Notes: generated by a model from the sequence alone, not told the origin. Numbered from the stretch's first letter, positions 31,300 to 42,910 are shown. The stretch: 64,000 nucleotides of DNA from Nitrospirales bacterium (GCA_963555755.3 OY820905.2:1632001-1696000); one strand, 5' to 3'. Made by a program: numbers and translations.

Positions 31300-32116
31300 A
31301 TGTCAAAAAAATGTATTAATAACCGGGATGAGTGGCTTAATTGGGGGGTTGGCACGCCAACAGTTAAAAGGCAAGTATGAGCTAACGGGCCTAAATCGAA
31401 GTGAGGTGCCGGGCGTAAAATGCGTTCAGGCCGATCTGTCTGATCTTGAAGCCATTCGCCCGGCCTTTGAAGGCCAGGATGTGGTCATACATTTGGCGGC
31501 CAAATTAGGGGCCGACTTTTCATGGCAGGAGTTTCAGGACACGAACATCGCCGGCAAGTGGCATTGGCGTGTGCTGGCAGGAAATGCCAGGGCGAAGGCA
31601 GGAACAACTCGATTACATGGGTGGTGCCGGTTTTTTGTTTAAATCAATTGATGAAGTTCCGGAAATAATAGGCCAGCCTTACCCAGACGAAATGCGTAAA
31701 CTCGGCCTTGAGAACTCAAAGAAATGCGACGCCGATACCCATAAAAAAATGCTCGTAGAAACGTGGCGCAGGTATTAACGCGGAGCAATCAATCCGAGCC
31801 TGATCAATTCTCGACACCGGATTTTGGATCAAATGAAGCGTTTTTGGCAGGAGTCCCTGTCATTACCTCAAATATCGGTGGTATGGCAGAGCTAGTGGAA
31901 GATGGAGTGAATGGTCTTCATTTTCAGATGGGAAATGCGGCGGATCTGACCAGGCAATTACAACGAATAATCGATGATCCTCCACTGATCGCTCAGCTTA
32001 AGAACAATATTCCACACGTGACGCCAATAGAAAGCCATGCCTTGAAAATAGAAACGATCTATAGAGGTCTTCTTCCTCAAGCGCCAAGACCAAGGGCTCT
32101 GGTTTCCCAAAAATAA
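31300..32116 (+). pseudogene. Chimeric relic: N-terminus of an NAD-dependent epimerase + C-terminus of a GT like 43702-44904 + C-terminus of a GT4 like 27495-28910
   Basis: VLITGMSGLIG fragment (ATG at 31300 is out of frame at an A7 run); CWQEMPGRRQEQL matches CWQELPGRREEQL; 31833-31932 is nearly identical to 28651-28750. Confidence 0.8.
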
Positions 32117-32370
32117 CAATTGGCGTCTATCACTGGCCAACAGTCCTCGTCTTTGGATTGGTATTGGCAATGGATGGTGGTAATTATGAAGGATCATCGG
32201 GGGTTGGATAAAGTTAGGGTTAATGATAGCTGGGAAATCCCAGATCCAAAAGTGAGCACACAAACGAAGGCTGATTACCTTTGGGAGAAACCCGAAATTA
32301 TTTTCGGCCATTAAGCGGGTGCACGATGGCTAAACAAGTGAATTCATAGTATGGATGCAAGCGAAATAGG

Positions 32371-33405
32371 TTGGTTAAAAAGTTCTGGTTAACCTGTATC
32401 ATGCCACGCGTCAAAATACGACACATTTACGGAAAGAGGCACATCAATTATGCCAGGGACGAACTTATCGTGGTCACTCTGGCAAAGAATGCAGGCCAGC
32501 ACATCGAGTCATTTCTTGCTCACTATATTAGATTAGGCGTTAAGCATATAATTATCCTCGATAACCACTCTACAGATGATACCATCGCGTGCGCCTCCGC
32601 TTATCCCAAAGTATCTATATTTAAATGTTCACTTCCTTTTCGGGGATTCAACATATTGATGCGACAGCATCTCATGCGGCGCTTTGGGGGAAAAAACCGC
32701 TGGGTGTTGTGTGTAGATATTGATGAATTGTTCGATTATCCGCATTCCGATCAACTGAGCCTCAGTGCTTTCCTGCAGTACCTTGAAGCCAATTCGTTTA
32801 CCGCGGTGATTGCCTATTTGCTCGATATGTTTTCTGACCGACCACTCTCTCGGCTTAATGGCGCTACCACCAATCTCAAAGACGAATTTCCATACTACGA
32901 TATATCATCTATTCGGAAATTGCCTTATTTAGGCAGCTATCCGTACAGTGGTTACAGTAACCGGTTTCAAAGGGACGTCCAGCTCCATAATGTCCTGCCC
33001 AATTCAGAGATCATGCATTATGTGGGGGGAGTTCGTGCCAAACTTTTTAATCTGCCGGATGTCTATCTTATCAAGCATCCGCTGATATTTTTGGACGGGA
33101 TGGTGGAATACGTCCATCAACATTTTGTCAACCATGCTTCTATTGCAGATGTAACAGGAGTGCTGCTTCATTATAAATTTGTTGAAGGGTTTGCCGAAAA
33201 AGTCAACGATGCGATTTCACACAAACAATATATCGAAGACTCGAAAGAATATCAGCAATATCATCAGGTGCTTGACACACATCCTCATCTTTCCCTGAAA
33301 ACTGAAAGCGCGGTTAAGTTGCACAGTGTCAATGATCTTGTGCAAGCAAGATTTTTACATGTCAGTGAACAATATCTGGACTGGATAAGCAGCCACAAAC
33401 ACTAG
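32371..33405 (+). CDS. Glycosyltransferase family 2-like protein (Glyco_tranf_2_4 type)
   Basis: HYIRLGVKHIIILDNHSTDDT, WVLCVDIDE, LLHYKF motifs. Confidence 0.8.
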   Translation: MVKKFWLTCIMPRVKIRHIYGKRHINYARDELIVVTLAKNAGQHIESFLAHYIRLGVKHIIILDNHSTDDTIACASAYPKVSIFKCSLPFRGFNILMRQHLMRRFGGKNRWVLCVDIDELFDYPHSDQLSLSAFLQYLEANSFTAVIAYLLDMFSDRPLSRLNGATTNLKDEFPYYDISSIRKLPYLGSYPYSGYSNRFQRDVQLHNVLPNSEIMHYVGGVRAKLFNLPDVYLIKHPLIFLDGMVEYVHQHFVNHASIADVTGVLLHYKFVEGFAEKVNDAISHKQYIEDSKEYQQYHQVLDTHPHLSLKTESAVKLHSVNDLVQARFLHVSEQYLDWISSHKH

Positions 33406-33417
33406 CGATAGGTTCAA

Positions 33418-34189
33418 CCTAGAAACAGCAGTTGGGCGCAAAAAAGACGTGTAAGATATTGGTGTGCATCGTGAAAGAGAAAAAGTCGTGGTCACCTTGG
33501 GGTTCGCGCAAGAATACCTTCCCCGGTTTGGGCGTCGATCCATCCCGTCTGGCGGCGTTGCTCGTCCTTTCCATACCGAGAGTATGCGCAGTCCTCGCGC
33601 CTTGCCAGACAGGTGTCTCAGCACCCAAACCGGGGAAGGTATTCTTGCGCGAACCCTCCGTGGTGATGAGACATTTTTCTCTTTTGCGAGGTGCGCTCAG
33701 GGTCCGTCACGAAATAACCGGGACAATTGGGAGGCCCAGATTTGTGATCGGGGCAAGGCGCGACGAGGGAGCAGAGCGGGGCTCTGTGACCGAGGAGCAA
33801 CGCTGCCCCGGGCCAAAGATGGGCCTCCCCGGAGGGCCGGACGCTTTTGGGCTCCGCCGGCGTCGCTCATCGCTTCCATACTCCCGGTATGCGCGCTCTT
33901 CGCTCCTTGGCTCGTTCCAAAATCGTCTCGGCCAATTGTCCCGGTTATTTCGTGACGGACCCTAAGGACCTGCGAGAAAATAACTTGATCAATATCGCGC
34001 CAAGATTTGGGTCGGATTTGGACGAAACGATTGAGAAACACTCGAGGCATAGCACAGCTATGGTGAGGGTTTTTCGATTGAGGCCCGTTCAAAGATGGCC
34101 CGAAGATTGGATGCGAGATTGATCAAGTTATTTTCTCGCAGGTCCTAAGAGCTTGCGCGGACTTTTGTGATCCAACTGCTGTTTCTAGG
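33418..34189. mobile_element. Non-autonomous composite: outer element with 18-bp TIR CCTAGAAACAGCAGTTGG and TTCAA TSD, containing three tandem MITEs (about 33462-33698, 33700-33962, 33966-34145)
   Basis: Perfect IRs: GGTTCGCGCAAGAATACCTTCCCCGGTTTGGG, GGGTCCGTCACGAAATAACCGGGACAATTGG and GGACCTGCGAGAAAATAACTTGATCAAT; CTNAG junctions. Confidence 0.8.
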
Positions 34190-34194
34190 TTCAA

Positions 34195-35795
34195 GCAGGA
34201 AATGCCAGGGTACAGGCAGGAACAACTCGATTACATGGGCAGTGCCGGTTTTGGTTTTAATCAATTCATGAAATGCCGGAAATAATAGGCCAGCCTTACC
34301 CCGACGAAATGCGTAAATGCAGCCTTGAGAACTCAAAGAAATGCGACGTCGGTACCCATAAAAAAATGCTCGTAGAAACGTGGCGTAGGTATTGACGCGT
34401 AGCAATCAAGCCGAGCCTGATCGATTCTCGACACCGGATTTAGGATCACATGAAGCGTTTTTGGCCGAAGTCCCTGTCATGACCTCACATATCGGTGGTA
34501 TGGCAGAGTTAGTGGAAAATGGAGTGAATGGTCTTCATTTTCAGATGGGGAATGTGGCGGATCTGGCCAGGCAATGACAACGAGTGATCGATGATCCTTT
34601 ACTGCTCGCTCAGCTTAAGAAAAATATTCTACTCGTTACGCCAATAGGAAGCCATGCCTTAAAAATAGAAACGATCTATAGAGGTCTTCTTCCTCAAGCG
34701 CCACTACCAAGGACTAGTGTTTCCCAAGATATGCCTTCCCATTTAACTAAGGTTGCTTCAGTTTATTGAATCCCAAGGGTTTTGAGCTGCTGGTCAGGAT
34801 TTTCAACAAACTCTGGAAGGTACTCATTGGAGTCTCACGGCGGTTATAGCGAAAGACAAACTCATCAAGATAGTGTTGCAGGTATTTTGAATCCACTCCA
34901 TGGTGAATCCCGTTCAGCCAGGTCTGCAGATTGCCGAACGCTCTATGGATGTGTGGAGCGTGCTTCCCAGCACTTGCTGGGTCACCCTGGGTCCGTCTCA
35001 GGTGTTCGTATCCTGCCAAGGCTTTTGCCGAGTATCCCTTCCAACCATCGGACTTGATCTTACTGCCCTCAGCGACATGGCTATTGAGGAATGCTTTGAT
35101 CTCGTTCTCTCCAGCGTCTTGAAGAATCGCTAATCGTAAACGCCCTGCTTTCTCTCGAAAGTGATCCCCTTGTGTGTACGTGACAATTTCTACGGCTCCG
35201 GCTATTAACGTCTTGGTTTTCGCTTTCGCGACGCCACGGCCCGTTTTGCCTTTTACCGGTCCACCGATATGGGTTTCATCGGCTTCAACTGTTCCTGCGA
35301 GCCGTTCACGGTTCTGTCGTACCATTCCTCGTCGCAATCTGTGGAGCAAATACCAGGCGCTATCCACCTTCTTGATACTGAGTTGACGCTGCAATTGCAC
35401 AGCACTGATGCCAGGTGTGTGCGTGGAGACGAAATAGGCAGCCCAAAACCAAAGCCGTAGCGGCAAGTGCGATCTATGCATCACTGTGCCGCTTAGCGGT
35501 GATGTCTGTCTATGACACGACGAACACTCAAACCGGAAATATTTTTTGAGCCACCAACCACCGCGATGACCGCAAGCTGGACACATAAACCCGTCTGGCC
35601 ACCGAATCGCCCGCAAGTACTCGAAGCACGCTTCTTCGGTGTGGAACCTAACAGAAAAATCCAAGATATCAGCAGCATACCCTGTGTCCATAGTCCAGCA
35701 GACTAGTCTAGGGACTAACCTTAGTCAAATGGGAAGGCATATCCCAAGAATAACAATTGGCGTATATCACTGGCCAACAGTCCTCGTCTTTGGAT
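34195..35795 (+). repeat. Decayed second copy of 31577-32159 (GT relics), interrupted by IS1595
   Basis: 34195-34729 plus 35750-35795 align with 31577-32159, with additional stops and frameshifts. Confidence 0.88.
34730..35741 (-). mobile_element. Complete IS1595-family element (transposase 34747-35691)
   Basis: Zn ribbon CPAC..CSSC, VEADETHIGG, SDG, YLDEFVFRYNRR; TIR TATGCCTTCCCATTT.ACTAAGGTT; 8-bp TSD TCCCAAGA. Confidence 0.93.
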
Positions 35796-35805
35796 TTGAC
35801 CCTCC

Positions 35806-36750
35806 TCACCAATGGCCCGAAAAATTATCGACCTGTTTGAACATGGTCTGAAGCCTTCTTAAGTCTTTATAGGGCAACGGAGGACGCAAGAGGGAGGAGA
35901 CATTTGCCTGAAGGTGCTCCACGTTTCCCGTCGAAAATAAAACGACATGAATGCCCGGCTCATGACGGCAATAGCGGTATGCCGCATCGGTTAAACTCAC
36001 AGCCCCCTTCTTGTGAAAAAGGAAGTTGAGAGCGTGACCATCCTCGGCTTTGGTCTTGTCTGTCACCCCTGTTTCTGCCAATGTGGTCAATGCAGTCTTT
36101 AAATTTTCTCTACTGTTCAAGGCACGTCTCACGGCATACATTCCGAGTACACCAATATTGTTTTTCATGGCTGTCGATAGGACCTCCGTTCGTGCCGTTT
36201 GATTCAGCATATTAAACCCGACGCAAATAACGTCCCAACAATCATCCTGAACCGCACGATGTAACATTCTATGACTAGGGTCTGCCCAAAATTTTTCGGT
36301 AATTCCAAGAAAACGAATTTTGCCCTCATCACGAAGCCGTAATTGAACGGGTACGAGTTCCTCTGCGACGTATTGATATTCTTTTTCTTCTACCGCATGA
36401 AATTGATAGATATCGAGATAGTCTGTGTTGAGCTTGCGAAGACTATTTTCGGCGGACTGTACCAGATCCTTGGCGGCGATTAGTTTATTATTGAGGTACA
36501 TGGGGGCTTTGGTGGATAGCACGAGTTCTTGTCTTTTTCTCCCTTTTAGCGCTTTGCCCAGAATCTCTTCTGTCCCGTAAGTTTCAGCGGTATCAGCGAA
36601 GTTGATACCAAGGTCCAGAGCCCTGTGTACAAGGGAGATTGATTCCGCCTCGGTTTTTCCTGTTAATTGACCGAGGCGACTCATTCCACCACACCCCAAT
36701 CCCATCACACTCACACGAAGACCTGTTCTGCCTAGAATTGTATATTCCAT
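35806..36750 (-). CDS. Aldo/keto reductase
   Basis: LGRTGLRVS..GLG, DTAETYG, STK, SLRKL.TDYLD.YQ.H; start MEYTILG near 36750. Confidence 0.9.
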   Translation of the reverse strand: MEYTILGRTGLRVSVMGLGCGGMSRLGQLTGKTEAESISLVHRALDLGINFADTAETYGTEEILGKALKGRKRQELVLSTKAPMYLNNKLIAAKDLVQSAENSLRKLNTDYLDIYQFHAVEEKEYQYVAEELVPVQLRLRDEGKIRFLGITEKFWADPSHRMLHRAVQDDCWDVICVGFNMLNQTARTEVLSTAMKNNIGVLGMYAVRRALNSRENLKTALTTLAETGVTDKTKAEDGHALNFLFHKKGAVSLTDAAYRYCRHEPGIHVVLFSTGNVEHLQANVSSLLRPPLPYKDLRRLQTMFKQVDNFSGHW

Positions 36751-36867
36751 TTCCTGTTGTGAATTTTGACCGCTGGTTTGGCCAATTTGTATTAAATGAT
36801 GAAAAAAATCGTTAAGGTATCGAGGCAACACGATATTTCTTTTTCCTCATCAAGAATGGGGGTTTAC

Positions 36868-37032
36868 TGTCGTCTTCTCAACAATGTGTCAGAAAATGCC
36901 ACAAGGATTTGATCAATGATTCTCCTTCCAAGGTTCAGGATTGCTCACTTTTCTCCCAAAGTCCAATGAAAAATGTAGGTGTTGATTTTTGGGGCTCCTC
37001 TTTTTATGAAGGAATATGGCATGCCATTTGCA
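36868..37032 (+). promoter_or_regulatory. sigma54 promoter (TGGCATGCCATTTGCA, 37017-37032) with tandem TGT-N10-ACA / TGT-N11-ACA boxes (36868-36903)
   Basis: Near-consensus -24/-12; same box architecture and spacing as the other promoters. Confidence 0.75.
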
Positions 37033-37099
37033 ATATAACTTTTCAGAACTCTTGCGACTTTTCCCGACCTTCAAATGAAATGCCTCTCGGGGAAAACCT

Positions 37100-38065
37100 G
37101 TGAATTTTTCAACGCTTCTGCACCAGGAGAAAATGTCAATGGCAATTGACGGCATAGGACATTCAGGTGAAGGGGGTATTTCTTCAAAGGCTTCTGAATT
37201 TCATGAGATTTCTGAGGCACATTCTTACGCACAGACCAACATTCAACTGTATAAGCAACTCAAGTCAGTGGGATATTCCTTAGACGAAATCAATCATGTT
37301 CGGAAAGCCTATGATTTAGCAAAAGAACTCTTTGCCTGTTTATATTGTCCTTCTGGTAAAACTTTTCTTGCGCATGTGGTGGGAGTCGGAAGCATTCTCG
37401 GTTCGCTTCGAATATCAAGCAATGTTGTGGCGGCCAGTCTCCTTCATGAAGTCTATGAAAGTGGCGATTTTGGGGAAGGGTGGAGTCTTGATCAGAAAAA
37501 AACTCTAGTGCGAGAGACCGTTGGCCCTAAAACAGAACAGTATATTGGAGAATATCAGGCCTTGGAATGGTCTCGTTCAACCATTCCGGTTATTCGGAAT
37601 AGGATAACTTATCTGAACCCATTTGAACGAGATGTTCTCATGGTTCGTTTATCCAGTGAATTGGAAGACCTTCTCGATGGCGGAATTTTGTTTTGTCCCG
37701 ATGCGGAAACTCGACGACTACATTTTCGTAATCTCGGTCATCTTCATGTCGAAATGGCTGAGTTGTTAGGATATCCCACTTTAGCCGTTGAATTTAATAA
37801 GGCCCTTAAAGAAACATGTGAGGCTACTTCTATTCGGCCCATAATTCCCGATGGAGCCCGAACATCGCCTGCTCCTTTTCGGCTGATTCCACTTCCCTAC
37901 ACCTACCCACCAATAATGGTCATTCGTCACTGCATGGATCATGGAATAAAGCGCCTTGCCAAGACCCTTCGACTCGCGACAATCATGGTATTCGTGATGG
38001 GAACTTATTCTTCGAATATCGCTCACTGGCTTACAACATACTTCCAATCAACCTCTGGCGGATAA
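37100..38065 (+). CDS. Degenerate HD-domain protein (RelA/SpoT-HD-like fold; possibly DUF6817 type), paralog 1
   Basis: YAQT..QL; AY.LA..LF..SGKTF.AH.VG..SIL; AA.LLHEVY. Confidence 0.55.
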   Translation: MNFSTLLHQEKMSMAIDGIGHSGEGGISSKASEFHEISEAHSYAQTNIQLYKQLKSVGYSLDEINHVRKAYDLAKELFACLYCPSGKTFLAHVVGVGSILGSLRISSNVVAASLLHEVYESGDFGEGWSLDQKKTLVRETVGPKTEQYIGEYQALEWSRSTIPVIRNRITYLNPFERDVLMVRLSSELEDLLDGGILFCPDAETRRLHFRNLGHLHVEMAELLGYPTLAVEFNKALKETCEATSIRPIIPDGARTSPAPFRLIPLPYTYPPIMVIRHCMDHGIKRLAKTLRLATIMVFVMGTYSSNIAHWLTTYFQSTSGG

Positions 38066-38066
38066 T

Positions 38067-38879
38067 TTGTCTGTTTACGCCCAGACCTATCTTCAGCTTC
38101 ATCATCAAATTCGGCGAATGGGGAATTCGGAAGGGGACCTCGATTACCTTCGCGGAGCTTATGCATTCGTGATGCAGATATTATCTGGACATGTTCAGGG
38201 CTATGGTAAATCCTTTCTATCACATAATGTGGGGACGGCAAGTATTCTCGCTTCTCTAGGCACCCCTATCCAGGTGGTAGCTGCGGGTCTTATGCACAAT
38301 GTGTACGAAGGCGTGGATTTTGGAGATGGCCACACAGGCATTACCCCCTCCCACCAAAAAACAATAGTCCGAGTAGTAGGCAAGGAAGCCGAAGGGTTTT
38401 TGGCCACATTCAACACGTTGCGGTGGAATCCAGATTTGTATGCTTCTATTCGGGATCATTTAACGGACTATGACCTATTTCAACGGATGACTGTGTTGCT
38501 TCATTTAGCTGATCATCTGGAGCACAATTTGGATAATGGAACCCTGTATTTTCATGATGATGAAAGCGCCGGGCGCAGAAAAAACTATGAAGTCCTCGTT
38601 GAAATGGCGATAATTCTGGGGTATCCAGTATTAGGAAATGAGATTCAACGGGTGCATCAGGAGCATGAGGGTATCCAGATTCCTGTCGAATTCAAACCTC
38701 TCCACACCCCAGCATATAGAAAGAGAATTGTGCCAAAATCTTGCCGTAGGCGTTATGATCTGCAATTGAAGGGAGCGGTCGCCCCCTGCCTTCATCGGCT
38801 TCAACAGGGAACTGCTTCACTGTATGGCGAAATTCGACCGACGCTAAAGACCGTCAGAAATTGGTTCATGCCCATTTAG
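38067..38879 (+). CDS. Degenerate HD-domain protein, paralog 2
   Basis: YAQT..QL; GKSFLSH.VGTASIL; AAGLMHNVY; LADHLE. Confidence 0.55.
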   Translation: MSVYAQTYLQLHHQIRRMGNSEGDLDYLRGAYAFVMQILSGHVQGYGKSFLSHNVGTASILASLGTPIQVVAAGLMHNVYEGVDFGDGHTGITPSHQKTIVRVVGKEAEGFLATFNTLRWNPDLYASIRDHLTDYDLFQRMTVLLHLADHLEHNLDNGTLYFHDDESAGRRKNYEVLVEMAIILGYPVLGNEIQRVHQEHEGIQIPVEFKPLHTPAYRKRIVPKSCRRRYDLQLKGAVAPCLHRLQQGTASLYGEIRPTLKTVRNWFMPI

Positions 38880-39117
38880 TCAGAGATGAAAGGTGGGGAG
38901 GAAATCAAGGCCGGTTGAGAAAATCAAGAACCGAATAAAGGGAGAACATTCAGTTGTTTTAGCTAACCATAGAGTTCAAGCCTACATTCCGCACTTGAAA
39001 ACGTGTATTTTTCTGCCCCTCATGTATCGCCTCCTTTTTTTGCACCAAACTGGTGTTGAGGGATTTTGAGGAGTCGCAGCACCTGATGCTGTGGCTCGGA
39101 CAGCTCATCCCAAAAGG

Positions 39118-41020
39118 CAGGGCTATTTCATTTTAAAGTGCAACTTCATAGATAATAAGGGATAATCGATTTAGGCTGGCTTTTTCTTTTCGTTTGGGGC
39201 ATACTCTTTTTCATGCCAGACGAATCGCCAAACGGACATCCGGCCATCGATCTTGGGCAAGTCGTAGTTCGACCGATTGTCCCGGACGAGAAGGAAGCCT
39301 TCACGACCCTTCTCGCCCGACATCACTACCTCGGGCCTGCCCCGTTGATTGGCCCATCGATCCAATATCTCGCCTGTGTGCAGGATCGCTGGCTGGCCTT
39401 GCTGGTGTTTGCGGCGGCGGCCCTCAAATCGAGAGCGCGAGACCACTGGATCGGCTGGCCCCCCTGTTTCCAATGGCAACGCCTCCATTTACTTGCCAAC
39501 AACACCCGGTTTCTCATCCTGCCGGACTGTTCGCAACAAAACCTCGCCTCGAAAGTCCTGTCGCTCTGCGCGAAACGGATCGCGGCCGATTGGCACCTGT
39601 GCCACGGCTACCCCTTGCTCCTCTTAGAGACCTTCGTCGATCCTGCCCGCTTCACCGGGACCTGCTATCGAGCCGCCGGGTGGCAGGAGCTCGGGCTGAC
39701 ACGCGGGTTTCGCAAGTCCAATACGCGGTATGTTCAGCATGACCGCCCGAAACGCATCCTGGTCAAGAGCCTACATCCCCAAGCCCGAGAGATTCTTGCA
39801 CGCCCGATGCTTGATCCGACCTATCAGAAAGGAGAGGTGCCTCAGATGCGATTGAATACCAAGCAGACGGACTCCCTGTTTACCTATGTGGTGCAGCTGA
39901 CCGATCCACGCAAGTTGCAAGGGCAACGACATCCCCGACGAGCTCTCACCGCGATCATGTTCTGTGCCACCTTGTGTGGAGCACGTGGGTATGAAGCCAT
40001 AGCGGACTGGGCCCAGCATTTATCCCAGACGATGAGAAAGCGGCTGGGCTGTCCCAAGCGAGGAGGGCGCTACCTCGTCCCAAGCCGCAGCACTCTCTAC
40101 CGGTTTATCAATGCCGTCGACCCCTGTGAAGTCGATACCCTGCTCGGCCGGTGGCTGGATACCTTCGGCGGGGAGGATCAGGGCATCGCCATTGATGGCA
40201 AGACCATGCGGGGGACTTCGAAGGTCCCGAGCGAACAGACCCATGTCCTCAGTGCCGTCACCCATGACGAGGGGCGCCACCTCACCCCAAAAAAGTCGAC
40301 ACCAAGACCAATGAGATCCCCTGCGTGCGTCCCTTATTCGATGAGCTGGAGATCGAAGGGAAGGTCATCACGGCGGATGCGCTCCTCACCCAGAAAGAGA
40401 TCGCAAATTACCTTGTGCAAGAACGCGGGGCCGACTTCGTCTTCACCGTCAAGGGGAACCAGCCGACCTTGAAACGCGACATTGAGGCCTTGGCGTTGCG
40501 AGTACGACGGTGTGATACTGAAACAACCGATAAAGGCCATGGGCGGATCACGACCCGTAGGATCTGGTGTGACGACTCCTTGAATGCCTCTGTCACCTTT
40601 CCCCATGTGCAGCAAGTCTTCTGCATTGAGAGGGAAGTCGCGCATCTCAAGAAGGGCATCACGACGGTAGATACCGTATGCGGAGTCACGAGTCAGTCAC
40701 CAGCGAAGGCATCGCCGCAGAAAATCCTCTCGCAAAACCGGAACCATTGGAGTGTGGAGAATAAGCAGCATTATGTGTTGGATGTCACCTTTGATGAAGA
40801 CCGGAGTCAGATCAGACGGCTCAATGGCCCGATGGTCATGACCTGTCTGAGACGCTATGCCATCAGTCTCTTACGCGTGAAAGGCAACACCAATATCGCG
40901 CAGGCGTTTAGATGGCTCTGGGCCAAGCCGCATGTAGCCATCCGTATGGCCTTGCCCTGAAAAAGAGAGCAAAAAAACCTAATGGAACCACTTGCTTATA
41001 AAAAGAATGAAATGGCCCTG
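39118..41020 (+). mobile_element. ISAs1-family element with N-terminal DUF4338 (DruA-like) domain; orfs 39213-40472 and 40325-40960 joined by a -1 frameshift
   Basis: TIR CAGGGC.ATTTCATT; 9-bp TSD CCCAAAAGG; HHYLG, NNTRFLIL, LETFVDP; IAIDGKT, TADAL, VKGNQ, HWSVEN..DVTFDED; A-AAA-AAG at 40289-40295. Confidence 0.93.
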
Positions 41021-42609
41021 CCCAAAAGGTCCTCACCACCTTGCCGTCACGAAGAATCTCGTACCTGCAGTGCTGGGCAAAGAGTCGCTGGACTTGTTCC
41101 CAGGTCGGGGTCGAGGTGGGTCGTTCCTCGGGGAGGGTTCGCAGGGTTCGAATACCGCTCTTCTCCATCGCCTGTCTGAGATCGCGCTGAATGAGGGCGG
41201 CCACGAGATCGGCGAGGTAGACCACGAGCATGAGAGCCTCGATGCGTTCGTTGTTCTTGAGGAACACCGGAGCCACCTGGAAATCGGATTTGAGGCCGCT
41301 GAAACGCTTCTCGATATGAGGCTGATACTTGTACGCCTCCAGGACCGCTTTGGCGGAGAGGGAGGTATTCGTGACCAGCGGAAAGATGCCATCAATGGCC
41401 TTGGCCCGAGCGAGCTGTTCCGGGTCTTGCTGGATCATGAGCTGCGGAATGTGTTTGACGGTGCGATGGTAGGTCGACGCGGGCGAGGGTTTGCCGCGGG
41501 CGGTCTGTGTGAAGGTTTCCTCCACGCGGTGGCTCACGGTCACCGTGAGCCACGGAGCCACCTGATACCTCGCGATGATCTGGTGGGCCTGCTTGAGTAA
41601 CGAGCGCTCGGTTCGGCGCCCACGCGCTTTCTTCTCGTTGAGCGCCGCGAGTTTGTGCCGAGCGATCTCCAGCCGGTCCTTGCGGCGGCTGGCATCGCGC
41701 TTTCTCTTCTCGGAGGAGCGATACCAATAGAGTCGAAACCCCTCCGCCAGCTGATACGCCTCGCTCGCGACCGAAAACACGTCATACATCCCCCGCCTTC
41801 GAGTCGAGCGCTGGCGTAGGAGCGGGTCCCAGCGGACGGTCGCCTCGTAGCAGTCGGTGGCAAACGCGTGGGTTTCGGCCCGGGTCCGAGGGACGATGGT
41901 GACAAACCGACCGTGTTCCTGGTCAATGCGCCGCATGTTGGCCGTCGTGCATAATTTGGAGTCGGCGACGTAGAGGAACCCAGCCCCGCCCACCAAGCGG
42001 CGCAACGTCAGCCAATTCTCGATATGCAGGGTGTCATCGGTCTGATGGCCCGCATGGGTCTTGAAGTGAATCGGCACGGCTCCATCGCGCGCAATCGACA
42101 AATTGTAGAGGAGCTGCTTGAGATCGGGACGATGATCCTTGCTGTGGCCCCGCGTGAGGGAGACCCCTTTGCGCGATTGCGCCGCGTAGGCCCCCGAGAA
42201 CTTGACGGAGGTGGAATCACTATGGATCTGGGAGACATCAATCGTGAACCGTTCAATGGCCGCCAGCGTGAGGGTGGTCTGCAAGGTCGCGCGATCAGCC
42301 TGGAACAACCTGTCGAGGGCCCGCCCCAGCCCATCATCGGTGAGCGGCGCGGCTCCTCGCTCAATAGGGTCGAACTGCTGGGCCCAGGCTGGGACGCGGT
42401 AGAGCGCTGCCGGTTCGATCAGCATACTTTTGATGAGAAGCTCAATCGCCGTAGCGTACCGCGCCGAACGAAGAATGTCCTCCAGGCGTTGACGCACCCC
42501 GAGGGTCGCGAAGCAGCGATTGATGAATGGGAAGGTCGCAATCCGTACCTTCCGATGCTGCAAATCTTTGGCTTGCATCACGCCCTATCTTAATGCATAA
42601 TAGCATTAA

Positions 42610-42910
42610 GATGTCAAGCGCCAAGATGATCCACCTCAGGTCGCCCGGACCCGTTCTGCCCGGGAGTGTGTCGACAGCAAGGGCGCGATGCGGCAAACAG
42701 ACGTGCAAGTGTCGGGACGACCCGGCCCACCGACACGGGCCCTATTATCGCTGGACAGGCATCATCGACGAAAAGAAGACCACGGTCACGCTCACGCAGG
42801 AGGAAGCCAAGGAGTGCGCACGACGGATTAAGAACTTCAAGAAACTTCAGGCGAGGCTAGCAACAGTAATCAAAACGGCGCTTGAGACCGCTCCGTGGAC
42901 CCAGCGGTAA
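42610..42910 (+). CDS. Small Cys/His IS-associated passenger protein (DUF6788-like)
   Basis: PGS....RCGK.TCKC.....HGPYY.WT pattern; lies inside the IS1634 TIRs. Confidence 0.65.

Noticed and set aside
33418..34189. CRISPR array or coding ORFs (33432, 33464, 33697)
   Set aside because: The repeats are inverted TIR pairs, not regularly spaced direct repeats; the ORFs are translations of MITE sequence
39213..39840. Druantia anti-phage system
   Set aside because: DUF4338 is fused to an ISAs1 transposase within TIRs; no DruE helicase or other dru genes
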